A stretch of DNA of 32,000 nucleotides, from positions 930,001 through 962,000 of the forward strand of contig NZ_LN885086.1 in the NCBI RefSeq assembly GCF_001458695.1, given 5' to 3'. Made by a program: the position numbers and the translations under genes. The stretch is from Candidatus Nitrospira inopinata (GTDB taxonomy: Bacteria; Nitrospirota; Nitrospiria; Nitrospirales; Nitrospiraceae). The notes under the pieces are model-generated. The model was given only the letters and a program-made list of their open reading frames with translations. It had not been told where the DNA came from and ran no database searches. This document shows positions 1-8,372 of this stretch, one piece after another (positions within the stretch are counted from its first letter, which is position 1; every line of letters begins with the position of its first letter).

Positions 1-69
1 ACGGAACGAGTCCAGGAAAACGAGCCTCCATCCTACCATCGACGGCTGACGATTGACCATCGACGATTG

Positions 70-1383
70 TCAGCGTTTTAAACGGCGGGGAGAACAGTCC
101 AACGGATTGCGAAGCATGATCGTTTCGGCCCGTTTGGAGCCGGTCGAAATCATGTCGATTCGACATTGAACCAGTTCTTCAATGCGGCCCAGGTACCGTT
201 TGGCTTCCATGGGCAGCCGCTTGTATGTCGTGGCGCCCGTCGTCGAAGCGACCCATCCCTTCATCCGTTGGTACACCGGCCGACAGTCGGTCAAGACGTC
301 GAGATCCGAGGGCATGTCTTTATAGAGCTTCTCTCCGTGCCGGTATCCGGTGCAGAGCAGCACTTCCCGGTGCCCATCGAGCACATCGAGCTTGGTCAGC
401 GCGAGCGACGTGAGGCCGTTCACCTGCGCGGCGTACCGTACAAGGACGGCGTCGAACCAGCCGCACCGTCGAGGGCGTCCGGTGGTCGATCCGAATTCAT
501 TTCCACGCTCTTGCAACCGTTGACCGGTCTCTTCAGTCAGCTCGGTCGGAAACGGACCGCTGCCCACCCTGGTCGTATAGGCCTTTGCGATGCCCAACAC
601 GCCGTCGATCATCGTGGGGCCGACCCCCGTGCCGGTGCAGGCGCCGCCAGCCGAAGCGCTGGAGGACGTCACGTAGGGATAGGTGCCGAAATCCACGTCG
701 AGGTGCGTCCCTTGCGCGCCCTCGAAAAGAATCGTCTTGTTCTTCCGAATCTCCCGATTGAGCAACGTGGTCGTATCGGTGACATGGCTTCTGAGACGGT
801 CGGCGTAGCCCATGTACTGGTGAAACACCTTGTCGACTTGATAAGTCTCGACCTTGTGAAACTGTTCCAAAAACCAATTCATCTCGACGAGATTTTCTTC
901 CAGCTTCCTTCTGAACAGCGGAGGATTGAGGAGATCGCCCACGCGAATGCCGATCCTCGCCATTTTATCGGCATAGGAAGGACCGATCCCGCGGCCCGTG
1001 GTCCCGATGCGCCGCGACCCCTTCGACTGTTCCGACGCGCGCTCGATCGCCTTGTGGTACGGCAAGATGAGATGCGCACGGTCGCTCACGGCGAAGTTCT
1101 TGCCGATCGCGACGCCCTTGGTCTGGAGTTGATCCATTTCTTCGATCAAAGCGCCCGGGTCCACCACCACGCCGTTGCCGATCGCGCAGGTGACGCCTCG
1201 GTACAAAATACCGGACGGAATCAGGTGAAAGACGTACGTGCCCCGCTCGTTGATGACCGTATGGCCCGCGTTCGAGCCGCCTTGATAGCGCACCACGACG
1301 TCGGCGTCCCGGGCCAAGATGTCCACGATCTTGCCCTTGCCTTCATCACCCCATTGGGCGCCGATAATGACCAAATTGCCCAT
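70..1383 (-). CDS. purA: adenylosuccinate synthetase
   Basis: 437-aa ORF. N-terminal GAQWGDEGKGKIVD, NAGHTV and TTGRGIGP motifs are characteristic of PurA. The length is typical. Confidence 0.97.
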   Translation of the reverse strand: MGNLVIIGAQWGDEGKGKIVDILARDADVVVRYQGGSNAGHTVINERGTYVFHLIPSGILYRGVTCAIGNGVVVDPGALIEEMDQLQTKGVAIGKNFAVSDRAHLILPYHKAIERASEQSKGSRRIGTTGRGIGPSYADKMARIGIRVGDLLNPPLFRRKLEENLVEMNWFLEQFHKVETYQVDKVFHQYMGYADRLRSHVTDTTTLLNREIRKNKTILFEGAQGTHLDVDFGTYPYVTSSSASAGGACTGTGVGPTMIDGVLGIAKAYTTRVGSGPFPTELTEETGQRLQERGNEFGSTTGRPRRCGWFDAVLVRYAAQVNGLTSLALTKLDVLDGHREVLLCTGYRHGEKLYKDMPSDLDVLTDCRPVYQRMKGWVASTTGATTYKRLPMEAKRYLGRIEELVQCRIDMISTGSKRAETIMLRNPLDCSPRRLKR

Positions 1384-1630
1384 TGGCAGCCGTTCCCGTC
1401 CCGCCGGTGAACACGAAAAAATGGCTCTGACCTGCCTCCGAGATCAGAGCCGCGGAGCGCCATGGTAGGATTCTCGCTCGGCCTTTGTCAAGCCGGTCCT
1501 CACCCGTGCTTCCCTTCCAGGTTCAGGCTGGGAAGCCCAGCGATCCGCAATGCTTGATCTTGAGTCGTCCTACAAATCACGAACGGAACGGGGGCGAAGG
1601 GTCGGTCTCCGGAGGGGGCGGGAGGTTTTC

Positions 1631-1659
1631 TTGACTGGCCTAGACCTGCGTGTTAGCAT
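1631..1659 (+). promoter_or_regulatory. candidate sigma70-type promoter for tRNA-Ala (TTGACT-17 nt-TAGCAT)
   Basis: TTGACT at 1631-1636, a 17-nt spacer and TAGCAT at 1654-1659, about 48 nt upstream of the tRNA 5' end. Pattern match only. Confidence 0.35.
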
Positions 1660-1706
1660 GCCCTCCACCTTGCACGTTCAATCCGTCGGAATATCCAAAT
1701 GAGCGT

Positions 1707-1782
1707 GGGGCTGTGGCGCAGCTGGGAGCGCGCGTGAATGGCATTCACGAGGTCGCGGGTTCAATCCCCGCCAGCTCCACCA
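1707..1782 (+). tRNA. tRNA-Ala (anticodon GGC), CCA encoded
   Basis: Folded by hand into a 76-nt cloverleaf. The acceptor is GGGGCTG/CAGCTCC with a G3:U70 wobble (the Ala identity element). D stem is GCGC/GCGC and the anticodon stem is CGTGA/TCACG with loop ATGGCAT (anticodon GGC). T arm is GCGGG-TTCAATC-CCCGC, with discriminator A followed by CCA. Confidence 0.93.
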
Positions 1783-1894
1783 TACCAACCCGTGGATGAA
1801 CCGCGTACTCCTTCTCGTCTTATCGAAAGCGATGTGCACGGAGAGAGTCTTCGGTCCTCTTAGCGCCGGCCACTCGCGTATCGCCTAGCGTTGC

Positions 1895-3742
1895 ATGCTG
1901 CAGATCGATTCCGTCAGCAAACAATATTCGACCAAGGTGCTGCTCACCGAAGCATCCGCGCATCTTCGGCCCAATTCACGAGTCGGCCTGGTCGGCCCGA
2001 ACGGCGCGGGCAAAACGACGCTCTTCCGCATGATCCTGGGAGAAGAATCGCCCGACAAGGGGTCCATCCATCTCCGTCCGAGACTCCGCATCGGCTATCT
2101 GCCGCAGGAGCTCGAGACCATCATCGGCAAGACCGTGCTCGACGCGGCGCATCGGGACGAATTCCCCGAGCACGAAGCCAAACGCATTCTGATGGGCCTC
2201 GGTTTTTCCGAGGCGGATTTCGCCCGGCCGATTGAAACCTTGTCCGGCGGCTACCGCATGCGCGTGGCGCTCGCGCACCTCCTGCTCTCCAATCCCGACG
2301 TCCTGATGCTGGACGAGCCGACCAACCATTTGGACAAACCCACGCAGCGTTGGTTCGAGCAGTTTTTGTTGGATTCGGACATGACGCTGTTGATCATCAG
2401 CCATGACACGGCGTTCCTCGATCGCGTCGTCACCCACATCTGGGAACTGCGGCATCGCAAGATCGAAGAATATCGGGGAAATTACTCGACCTTCCGTAGG
2501 CTCCGCGCGGAACGGGACACCCAACTGCACGCCTCCGCGGCGCGGCAGGCCAAAGAGATCGCGCGCGTCCAGAAATTCGTGGACCGATTCCGCTACCAAG
2601 CCAACAAAGCCAGTCAGGTCCAGTCCCGCCTGAAACAGCTCGAGAAGGTCAAACGCATCGAGCTGCAACGGGACCCCAAGCGGGTCAAGTTCCGGTTCCC
2701 CGAGCCGCCGGCCAGTGGGCGGCAGGTGCTCGACCTCGCGGGCGTGAGCAAACGCTATGGAGACAAGGTCGTCTATGAGTCGCTGGATTTTTCAGTCGAG
2801 CGCGGACAACGGGTGGCGCTGGTCGGAGAAAACGGCGCGGGGAAAAGCACGCTGTTAAAAATCCTCGCCGGCGTCCTCCCACCCGATTCGGGCACGCGCA
2901 TCGTGGGACACGGCGTGACGCTGCATTACTTCGCGCAGCACCAGGCGGAAGCCTTGAATCCCGAACACACGATTCTGGAATCGCTGGAGGAGGTGACCAA
3001 GCACGCCGAGATGAACTTTTTGCGCGGCATCGCCGGCGCGTTTCTCTTCTCCGGCCAAGAACAGAAAAAACCGATCAAGGCGTTGAGCGGAGGAGAGCGC
3101 AATCGCGTGGCGCTGGCCCGCATGCTCGTCGAACCGGCCAATACGTTGCTCCTGGACGAGCCGACGAATCATCTGGACCCGGCTTCCGTTGACGTCCTGA
3201 CCGACGCCCTCGCCGAATTTCCAGGAACGATCGTGTTCATTTCGCACGATCCCACCTTCCTGACGAGGATCGCGACGCGCGTGGTGGAGATCGAGGACGG
3301 GCGGGCGCGGAACTTTCATGGCAATTACGAGTACTATCTCTGGAAAAAGGCGCAGGAGCTGGAATCGATCACGGAGACCACGGAGGAGCTCGCCGGCAAA
3401 TCACGCGGCAAGTCGGCAGAGCCGACGCGGGCGATGGCGCAGCAGATTCCCGCCGCGCCCAAACATTCCGGCGGCGACCGGCGTGATTTGACCAAAACCC
3501 ACGCCCGCCTTGAAAAACAAGTGGCCCGATTGGAAGCGGAGATTGCGGACCTCGAACAGAAAGTGAAAGCCCGAGACGTCGAGTTGGCCGATCCCGAACT
3601 GTACCGGGACTTTGGGAAGTGGAACGTCCTGCACCAGGAACAGGACGGATGGAAGCGCGATCTTGAACGATTGACCACCCGCTGGGAATCGCTGTCGGCC
3701 GAGCTGGAAGAGGTCAAACACAAGCTGGCGGCGTTGCGTTAG
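1895..3742 (+). CDS. ABC-F family ATPase (Uup/YheS-like, no membrane domain)
   Basis: Two ABC cassettes with Walker A GPNGAGKTT and GENGAGKST and signatures LSGGYRMR and LSGGERNR. No TM segments. The C-terminal tail is charged and coiled-coil-like (LEAEIADLEQKVKA...). Confidence 0.93.
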   Translation: MLQIDSVSKQYSTKVLLTEASAHLRPNSRVGLVGPNGAGKTTLFRMILGEESPDKGSIHLRPRLRIGYLPQELETIIGKTVLDAAHRDEFPEHEAKRILMGLGFSEADFARPIETLSGGYRMRVALAHLLLSNPDVLMLDEPTNHLDKPTQRWFEQFLLDSDMTLLIISHDTAFLDRVVTHIWELRHRKIEEYRGNYSTFRRLRAERDTQLHASAARQAKEIARVQKFVDRFRYQANKASQVQSRLKQLEKVKRIELQRDPKRVKFRFPEPPASGRQVLDLAGVSKRYGDKVVYESLDFSVERGQRVALVGENGAGKSTLLKILAGVLPPDSGTRIVGHGVTLHYFAQHQAEALNPEHTILESLEEVTKHAEMNFLRGIAGAFLFSGQEQKKPIKALSGGERNRVALARMLVEPANTLLLDEPTNHLDPASVDVLTDALAEFPGTIVFISHDPTFLTRIATRVVEIEDGRARNFHGNYEYYLWKKAQELESITETTEELAGKSRGKSAEPTRAMAQQIPAAPKHSGGDRRDLTKTHARLEKQVARLEAEIADLEQKVKARDVELADPELYRDFGKWNVLHQEQDGWKRDLERLTTRWESLSAELEEVKHKLAALR

Positions 3743-4131
3743 CGTGAGGCCTTGAGCGTTTCCTCCAGGTAGTAGTAGAGCCAGCGGTTTTTTTCTTCCG
3801 TCACGACGTCGTCCCACACGACCCCGATCAAAAACCCCTTCTTGCCCCAGGGCTTGACCCAGGCGATCATGCCGTCCAGCTTTTCCTGCTGTTCAACCTG
3901 ATTGGAATCCAGAAACGCGAGCGACACGGTCACTCGCGCCTTGGGAGCAAACCGGTCCTTCGTATGAAGACCGGCGCCGATTTTGTTCACGTTGTCCAAC
4001 ACGGCGGTGCTCGCCCGTCTTCCATCGTGGGGAATCACCAGGGCGGAACCCACCAGCGTGGCCCGCACGAACTTTCTTCGTTCGTTGACCGTCGCCATGG
4101 CGCCGGACCATTTTCCTTCGTTTCGCTTCAT
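3739..4131 (-). CDS. small PilZ-like domain protein (putative c-di-GMP receptor, degenerate motif)
   Basis: 130-aa ORF with RRKFVR (RRxxxR) followed about 25 residues later by NVNKIG, which matches D/NxSxxG with Ser replaced by Asn. An alternative start at Met12 (4098) is possible. Confidence 0.5.
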   Translation of the reverse strand: MKRNEGKWSGAMATVNERRKFVRATLVGSALVIPHDGRRASTAVLDNVNKIGAGLHTKDRFAPKARVTVSLAFLDSNQVEQQEKLDGMIAWVKPWGKKGFLIGVVWDDVVTEEKNRWLYYYLEETLKASR

Positions 4132-4183
4132 AATTAGAGTAAGTATAACCGATTAGACCGAATTGTACACAAGCAAATCGCCT

Positions 4184-5479
4184 CTATCGCCGATTTTTTG
4201 GACGATAATACCGCTGGCCGTGCAAGGGGCCCGGGAGGTGACGCTGTTCGGTCTCCGCGCCGGGGTCGTCGTGGACATAACGGTAGCCCTCTCCGTACCC
4301 CAGCACCTTCATCAGGGAGGTCTCGGCATTCCGAAGATGAAGCGGAACTCCAAGATTTCCATGGGTTTTTACGTCACGGATGGCTTCCAACAGCCCGACA
4401 TAGGACGCATTGTCTTTCGGTCGAGACGCCAGGTAGGTCGTGCCCTGGGCGAGATTGATTTGCGCTTCGGGCAACCCCACGAATTGGACGGCCTGCGCCA
4501 CCGCCGTGGCGACCACCAGGGCCATCGGATCGGCGTTGCCGATGTCTTCCGAGGCAAAGATGACCATCCGGCGGGCGATGAACTTGGGGTCTTCTCCTCC
4601 TTCCACCATGCGCGCCAGCCAGTAAAGGGCGCCGTCGGGGTCCGAATCACGAAGGCTTTTGATGTACGCGGAGATGACGTTGTAGTGTTCCTCGCCGGCT
4701 TTGTCGTACCGCAGCGCGTGCCTGCCCAACGCTTCTTCCAGCAAAGCCTCGTCGATCACGCGTTCACCGGCCGGGGCGGCGGAGACGTGAGTGACGACAA
4801 ATTCCAGTGCCGTCAGCATGGCCCGCGCGTCCCCGTTGCCGTACGCGATCAGCCGTCGCCTGGCCTCGGTCGAGAGCCGCACGGTCCGTCCGCCCAGTCC
4901 TCTTTCCGCGTCGCCGAGGGCCCGGTCCAGCACCTGCTCCAACGCCCGTTCGGAGAGGGGCTTCAGGACCACGACCAGCGAGCGAGACAAGAGGGGGCTG
5001 ATCACCTCGAAGGACGGATTTTCAGTGGTCGCTCCCACCAGAATGACGGTTCCCCGTTCGACGTGGGGAAGGAAGGCGTCCTGTTGGGCTTTATTGAAGC
5101 GATGGATTTCATCGACAAAGAGAATCGTGCGGGACCCGTGAAGCGTCCGTCGCTGTTCGGCCGACTTGATGATCGCCCGTAGTTCCTGGACTCCGCCGGT
5201 CACGGCCGAGAAGGGAACAAACTGCGCTTTCGTATGTCGAGCGATCAGGTGGGCGAGGGTCGTCTTTCCCGAGCCGGGGGGCCCCCAAAAGATCACGGAC
5301 GTCAGTCGGTCCGTTTCAATAGCCCGACGCAAGGGTCGATCCGGCGCCATGATGTCTTCCTGTCCGACGAATTCGTCGAACTCCCGCGGACGCATCCGTT
5401 CGGCCAACGGAGCGGAAGCCGTCTCCTGGCGTTGACGAACATCGAACAAACCGGGGGTGTCATCTCTTTCCTCGGACAT
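4184..5479 (-). CDS. rarA: replication-associated recombination protein A (AAA+ ATPase RarA/MgsA)
   Basis: Walker A GPPGSGKTT, Walker B/sensor region LFVDEIHRFNK and a C-terminal MgsA-type helical domain (YDVISAxxKSxRGSDPDAALYW-like: YNVISAYIKSLRDSDPDGALYW). The ATG at 5479 is preceded by GAGGA 5 nt upstream. The ORF track extends to 5521. Confidence 0.93.
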   Translation of the reverse strand: MSEERDDTPGLFDVRQRQETASAPLAERMRPREFDEFVGQEDIMAPDRPLRRAIETDRLTSVIFWGPPGSGKTTLAHLIARHTKAQFVPFSAVTGGVQELRAIIKSAEQRRTLHGSRTILFVDEIHRFNKAQQDAFLPHVERGTVILVGATTENPSFEVISPLLSRSLVVVLKPLSERALEQVLDRALGDAERGLGGRTVRLSTEARRRLIAYGNGDARAMLTALEFVVTHVSAAPAGERVIDEALLEEALGRHALRYDKAGEEHYNVISAYIKSLRDSDPDGALYWLARMVEGGEDPKFIARRMVIFASEDIGNADPMALVVATAVAQAVQFVGLPEAQINLAQGTTYLASRPKDNASYVGLLEAIRDVKTHGNLGVPLHLRNAETSLMKVLGYGEGYRYVHDDPGAETEQRHLPGPLHGQRYYRPKNRR

Positions 5480-5604
5480 CGGAATCCTCATCGTCTCAGC
5501 GATTCTATACACCCCCTCCATGCCGGCGCAAACCGTCGCGGAAGGCCCTTGACGACCGTGAGGGGCGATGGTAGGGAAAGGGCCGGCCGTTATTTGGTGC
5601 AGGC

Positions 5605-6402
5605 ATGAACGTCCACGTCAACGGCATCTCTCTCGCTTATAGCGACCAGGGGAAGGGATTGCCGCTCATCTTTCTGCACGCCTTTCCCCTTAACCGAACC
5701 ATGTGGGAGCCGCAGGTCGAAGCGCTCTCATCGGAGTTTCGCATTGTCACCGTTGACCTCCGCGGCCATGGAGAGTCGGACGCCCCGCTGTGGCGTTACA
5801 CCCTCGACCAGGCGGCGGAAGACGTGCGGGCTTTAATGGACCATTTGTCGATCGGACAAGCGGTGCTGGTCGGGCTCTCAATGGGGGGCTACATTCTTTT
5901 CGCGTTCCATCGACGGTACCCCGACCGTATAAAGGGCCTCATCTTGGCCAACACAAGAGCCCAAGGGGACACGGCGGAAGGGAAAGAGGCTCGTTTCCAA
6001 ATGGCTCAAATCGCCTACAAGAAGGGCCCGGCCGCCGTCGCCGATCTGATAATCCCGAAATTGCTCTCCCCTCTCACGATCGAGACCCGTCCGGATCTCG
6101 TCCGCAGAGTTCGAGCCATGATTGAAAGCACCGAGGTCAGCGGAATCGCGGGAGACTTGATGGCCATGGCCGAACGGACCGATTCGATTCCCCTGTTGGG
6201 ATCGATCACCTGCCCGGTTCACGTCATCGCGGGGGAGCTGGACCAGGCCACCCCTCCCGCCGACGCGAAACTCATGGCCGATCGTATCGCCGGTTCCCGC
6301 TTCACCGTCATTCCACAAGCCGGACATCTGTCGAACCTGGAACAGCCTGACGCCTTCAACCGCGTGGTTCGAGCATTCAGCGGGAGCCTGGCGGGAACGT
6401 AG
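5605..6402 (+). CDS. alpha/beta-fold hydrolase (3-oxoadipate enol-lactonase-like family)
   Basis: 265 aa. Nucleophile elbow GLSMGG (GxSxG), an N-terminal LIFLHAFPL oxyanion region and a C-terminal AGHLSNLEQP catalytic-His region. Confidence 0.85.
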   Translation: MNVHVNGISLAYSDQGKGLPLIFLHAFPLNRTMWEPQVEALSSEFRIVTVDLRGHGESDAPLWRYTLDQAAEDVRALMDHLSIGQAVLVGLSMGGYILFAFHRRYPDRIKGLILANTRAQGDTAEGKEARFQMAQIAYKKGPAAVADLIIPKLLSPLTIETRPDLVRRVRAMIESTEVSGIAGDLMAMAERTDSIPLLGSITCPVHVIAGELDQATPPADAKLMADRIAGSRFTVIPQAGHLSNLEQPDAFNRVVRAFSGSLAGT

Positions 6403-6419
6403 AAACCGGCGCGACGCCG

Positions 6420-7067
6420 CTAGTCCGCGTCGCCCACGCTGGTTTTCTGAATAAGCTTGAGAAATTCCAAGCGGGTTTGCGGCTGACTTCGAAATTCTCC
6501 CAACATTGAACTGGTGACGGCCACCGTGTTCTGCTTTTCCACCCCGCGCATCATCATGCAAAGATGCCTGGCTTCGACCACGACGCCCACCCCCTTTGCG
6601 TGCAATTTGGTATTGAGGGTCTCCGCGATTTGGACGGTGAGCCGCTCCTGCACCTGAAGCCGCCTGGCAAACGTGTCAACGATGCGGGGAATCTTGCTGA
6701 GACCGACGACCTTTTTGTTGGGCAGATAGCCGACGTGGACCTTGCCGAAGAACGGCAACAGGTGGTGTTCGCACATGCTGAAGAAATCGATGTCCTTCAC
6801 GATGACCATCTCGTCGTATTGGATGGGGAACAACGCGCCGTTCAAGAGATGGTCGATGTCCCGCTGATAGCCCTGCGTCATGAACGCCAACGCTTTGGCC
6901 ACCCGTTCGGGCGTCTTGAGCAAGCCGTTTCTGCCCGGTTTCTCGCCGAGCGCCGTCAACATCCGCGTCACCAGCGACCGCAAGGCGTCCACGTCGGCGG
7001 GCCGGCCGTTGCCGCTCACGTCTTCGCTCGTCTCCGCAACCGTTTTTCCTTTTCCCCGCCTCGCCAC
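6420..7067 (-). CDS. folE: GTP cyclohydrolase I (type 1)
   Basis: [18 protein letters not shown] and QVQERLT motifs. The GTG at 7067 has GGAGG 5 nt upstream and lies 16 nt after the queD stop. The ORF track extends to 7127, which would overlap queD by 44 nt. Confidence 0.92.
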   Translation of the reverse strand: MARRGKGKTVAETSEDVSGNGRPADVDALRSLVTRMLTALGEKPGRNGLLKTPERVAKALAFMTQGYQRDIDHLLNGALFPIQYDEMVIVKDIDFFSMCEHHLLPFFGKVHVGYLPNKKVVGLSKIPRIVDTFARRLQVQERLTVQIAETLNTKLHAKGVGVVVEARHLCMMMRGVEKQNTVAVTSSMLGEFRSQPQTRLEFLKLIQKTSVGDAD

Positions 7068-7083
7068 GCGCTCCTCCCGGGCA

Positions 7084-7479
7084 TCAAGCCATACCGGCAT
7101 ATTCGAAATAATTGTCCCTCGTCTCAATGACTCCCACCTTGCTCAGCTTCCCGCGCAGCAGCTTCGGTTCCAACAGATCCCATATCAATTTCACCAGATT
7201 TTCGCCCGTGGTCGTGCAATCGGTGAACGCGGAGTCGCAATTGAGATCATGGTGATCAAACCGCTCGAGAACGGTTTCGGCGACCGTTCGATCAAGAGAC
7301 GCAATCTCTTGATCCTCATTCTCTCCGTCACCGTTGATCGTGACCAAGACCACGTAATTGTGGCCATGGCCGTTGGGGTTGTTACATTTTCCGAACGCGG
7401 CTTGATTTTCATCCTCGGTGAGGCGATCGCTGTGAAGCCGATGGGCGGCGCAGAACCGATAGCGCCTGGTGATCGTCAT
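7084..7479 (-). CDS. queD: 6-carboxy-5,6,7,8-tetrahydropterin synthase / 6-pyruvoyl-tetrahydropterin synthase family
   Basis: [18 protein letters not shown] and the C-terminal ETRDNYFEY motif are typical of QueD/PTPS. The ATG at 7479 is preceded by GAGGA 8 nt upstream. The ORF track extends to a GTG at 7500. Confidence 0.9.
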   Translation of the reverse strand: MTITRRYRFCAAHRLHSDRLTEDENQAAFGKCNNPNGHGHNYVVLVTINGDGENEDQEIASLDRTVAETVLERFDHHDLNCDSAFTDCTTTGENLVKLIWDLLEPKLLRGKLSKVGVIETRDNYFEYAGMA

Positions 7480-7510
7480 GTGAACCGTCCTCTTTTCCAC
7501 CTCGTCGCAT

Positions 7511-7550
7511 GAAGAAAAGCCAGGATCACTCGCGCACGAGCAACCCTGGC
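7511..7550 (-). terminator. candidate intrinsic terminator downstream of erpA
   Basis: On the minus strand, GCCAGG...CCTGGC (plus coordinates 7545-7550 and 7519-7524) encloses an inner CTCG-TGCG-CGAG hairpin and is followed by TTTTCTTC. A second hairpin, CGCCGG-5 nt-CCGGCG, lies at 7583-7599. Confidence 0.45.
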
Positions 7551-7606
7551 CTCATTTTTGATGCTATTCTCACAAGAGGCCCCGCCGGAAGTACCGGCGA
7601 CGCGCC

Positions 7607-7927
7607 TCAGTAACTGAATGAGCTGCCGCAGCCACAGGTCGTTTTGGCTTGAGGGTTCTTGATGGAAAACCCCGAGCCCTGCACGCTGTCAACGTAATCG
7701 ACCTCCGCCCCTTGCAGGAGCGGAGCGCTTTGGGAGTCCATGATCACCTTGACGTCCCCCATTTCGATCACCGTGTCGTCTTCCGCCATTTTCGATTCAA
7801 AGGCCATCCCGTATTGATACCCATGGCATCCCCCGCCACGGACATAGACGCGCAGCCCGACGACATCTTTTTCCTCGGCCATCAATTCCTTGATCTTCTG
7901 TTCCGCCACCGGCGTGATCGTCAGCAT
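7607..7927 (-). CDS. erpA: A-type iron-sulfur cluster carrier/insertion protein (ErpA/IscA/HesB family)
   Basis: 106 aa. It has the GGCHGYQY cysteine and the C-terminal CGCGSSF motif. A strong GAGGAGG Shine-Dalgarno sequence precedes the ATG. Confidence 0.92.
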   Translation of the reverse strand: MLTITPVAEQKIKELMAEEKDVVGLRVYVRGGGCHGYQYGMAFESKMAEDDTVIEMGDVKVIMDSQSAPLLQGAEVDYVDSVQGSGFSIKNPQAKTTCGCGSSFSY

Positions 7928-8026
7928 GATTTCCTCCTCTTTTCTCGAATCCCGTACCTTACGGACTCGGCTCGTTTAGTGTAGCACCTCTTCCCCCAAG
8001 ATCAACACCCCCGACCTTCCGGCCGT

Positions 8027-8356
8027 TCACAAGCCCGGCAGGTCGCGGCTTTGGGCTTCCCACTTGCTTTTCGGAACGCGCACGACGACGTCGCCCAGCA
8101 CCCGCGCCTGGCACGCCAACCGATGCCGAGGATCGCTCAGCGCCTCACGATCCAAGAGATCCTGTTCGTCAAAATCGATCTCGGAGAGATGTTCCGAGCC
8201 TGCTTCAACTTCGACCCGACAGGTGGTGCACGACGCGTTGCCGCCGCAATCGTGATTCAGGGGCAACCCCAGGGCTTTTGCCGCGTCCAGAAGCGACGTA
8301 TTGGCGTCCACCTCTCCGCTCCACTCTCCATGATGCAGGAAGGTCACTCGCGGCAT
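8027..8356 (-). CDS. 2Fe-2S ferredoxin, adrenodoxin/putidaredoxin (ISC Fdx) type
   Basis: The Cys pattern C-X5-C-X2-C-X35-C (CGGNASCTTC ... LAC) was counted by hand. The start MPRVTF at 8356 has GGGAG 7 nt upstream and lies 16 nt after the upstream stop. The ORF track extends to 8443. Confidence 0.85.
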   Translation of the reverse strand: MPRVTFLHHGEWSGEVDANTSLLDAAKALGLPLNHDCGGNASCTTCRVEVEAGSEHLSEIDFDEQDLLDREALSDPRHRLACQARVLGDVVVRVPKSKWEAQSRDLPGL

Positions 8357-8372
8357 CACGATCTCCCGACTA

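Noticed and set aside
35-69. Interleaved direct repeats ACCATCGACG (35-44 and 56-65) and GACGATTG (48-55 and 62-69) just 3' of purA.
   Set aside because: They are short, lie at the window edge, and no context is available. They could be chance or part of a feature outside the window. I can offer no supportable interpretation.
1508-1537. The hairpin GCTTCCC-15 nt-GGGAAGC in the purA/tRNA divergent region as a terminator or riboswitch.
   Set aside because: It lies upstream of both flanking genes, so there is nothing for it to terminate. It has a large loop, no U-tract and no resemblance to any riboswitch class I can recognise.
5548-5576. TTGACG-17 nt-TAGGGA as a promoter for the alpha/beta hydrolase gene. 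Similar weak -35/-10 matches lie upstream of the PilZ gene (4132-4183).
   Set aside because: The -10 elements are too degenerate to support a call from sequence alone.
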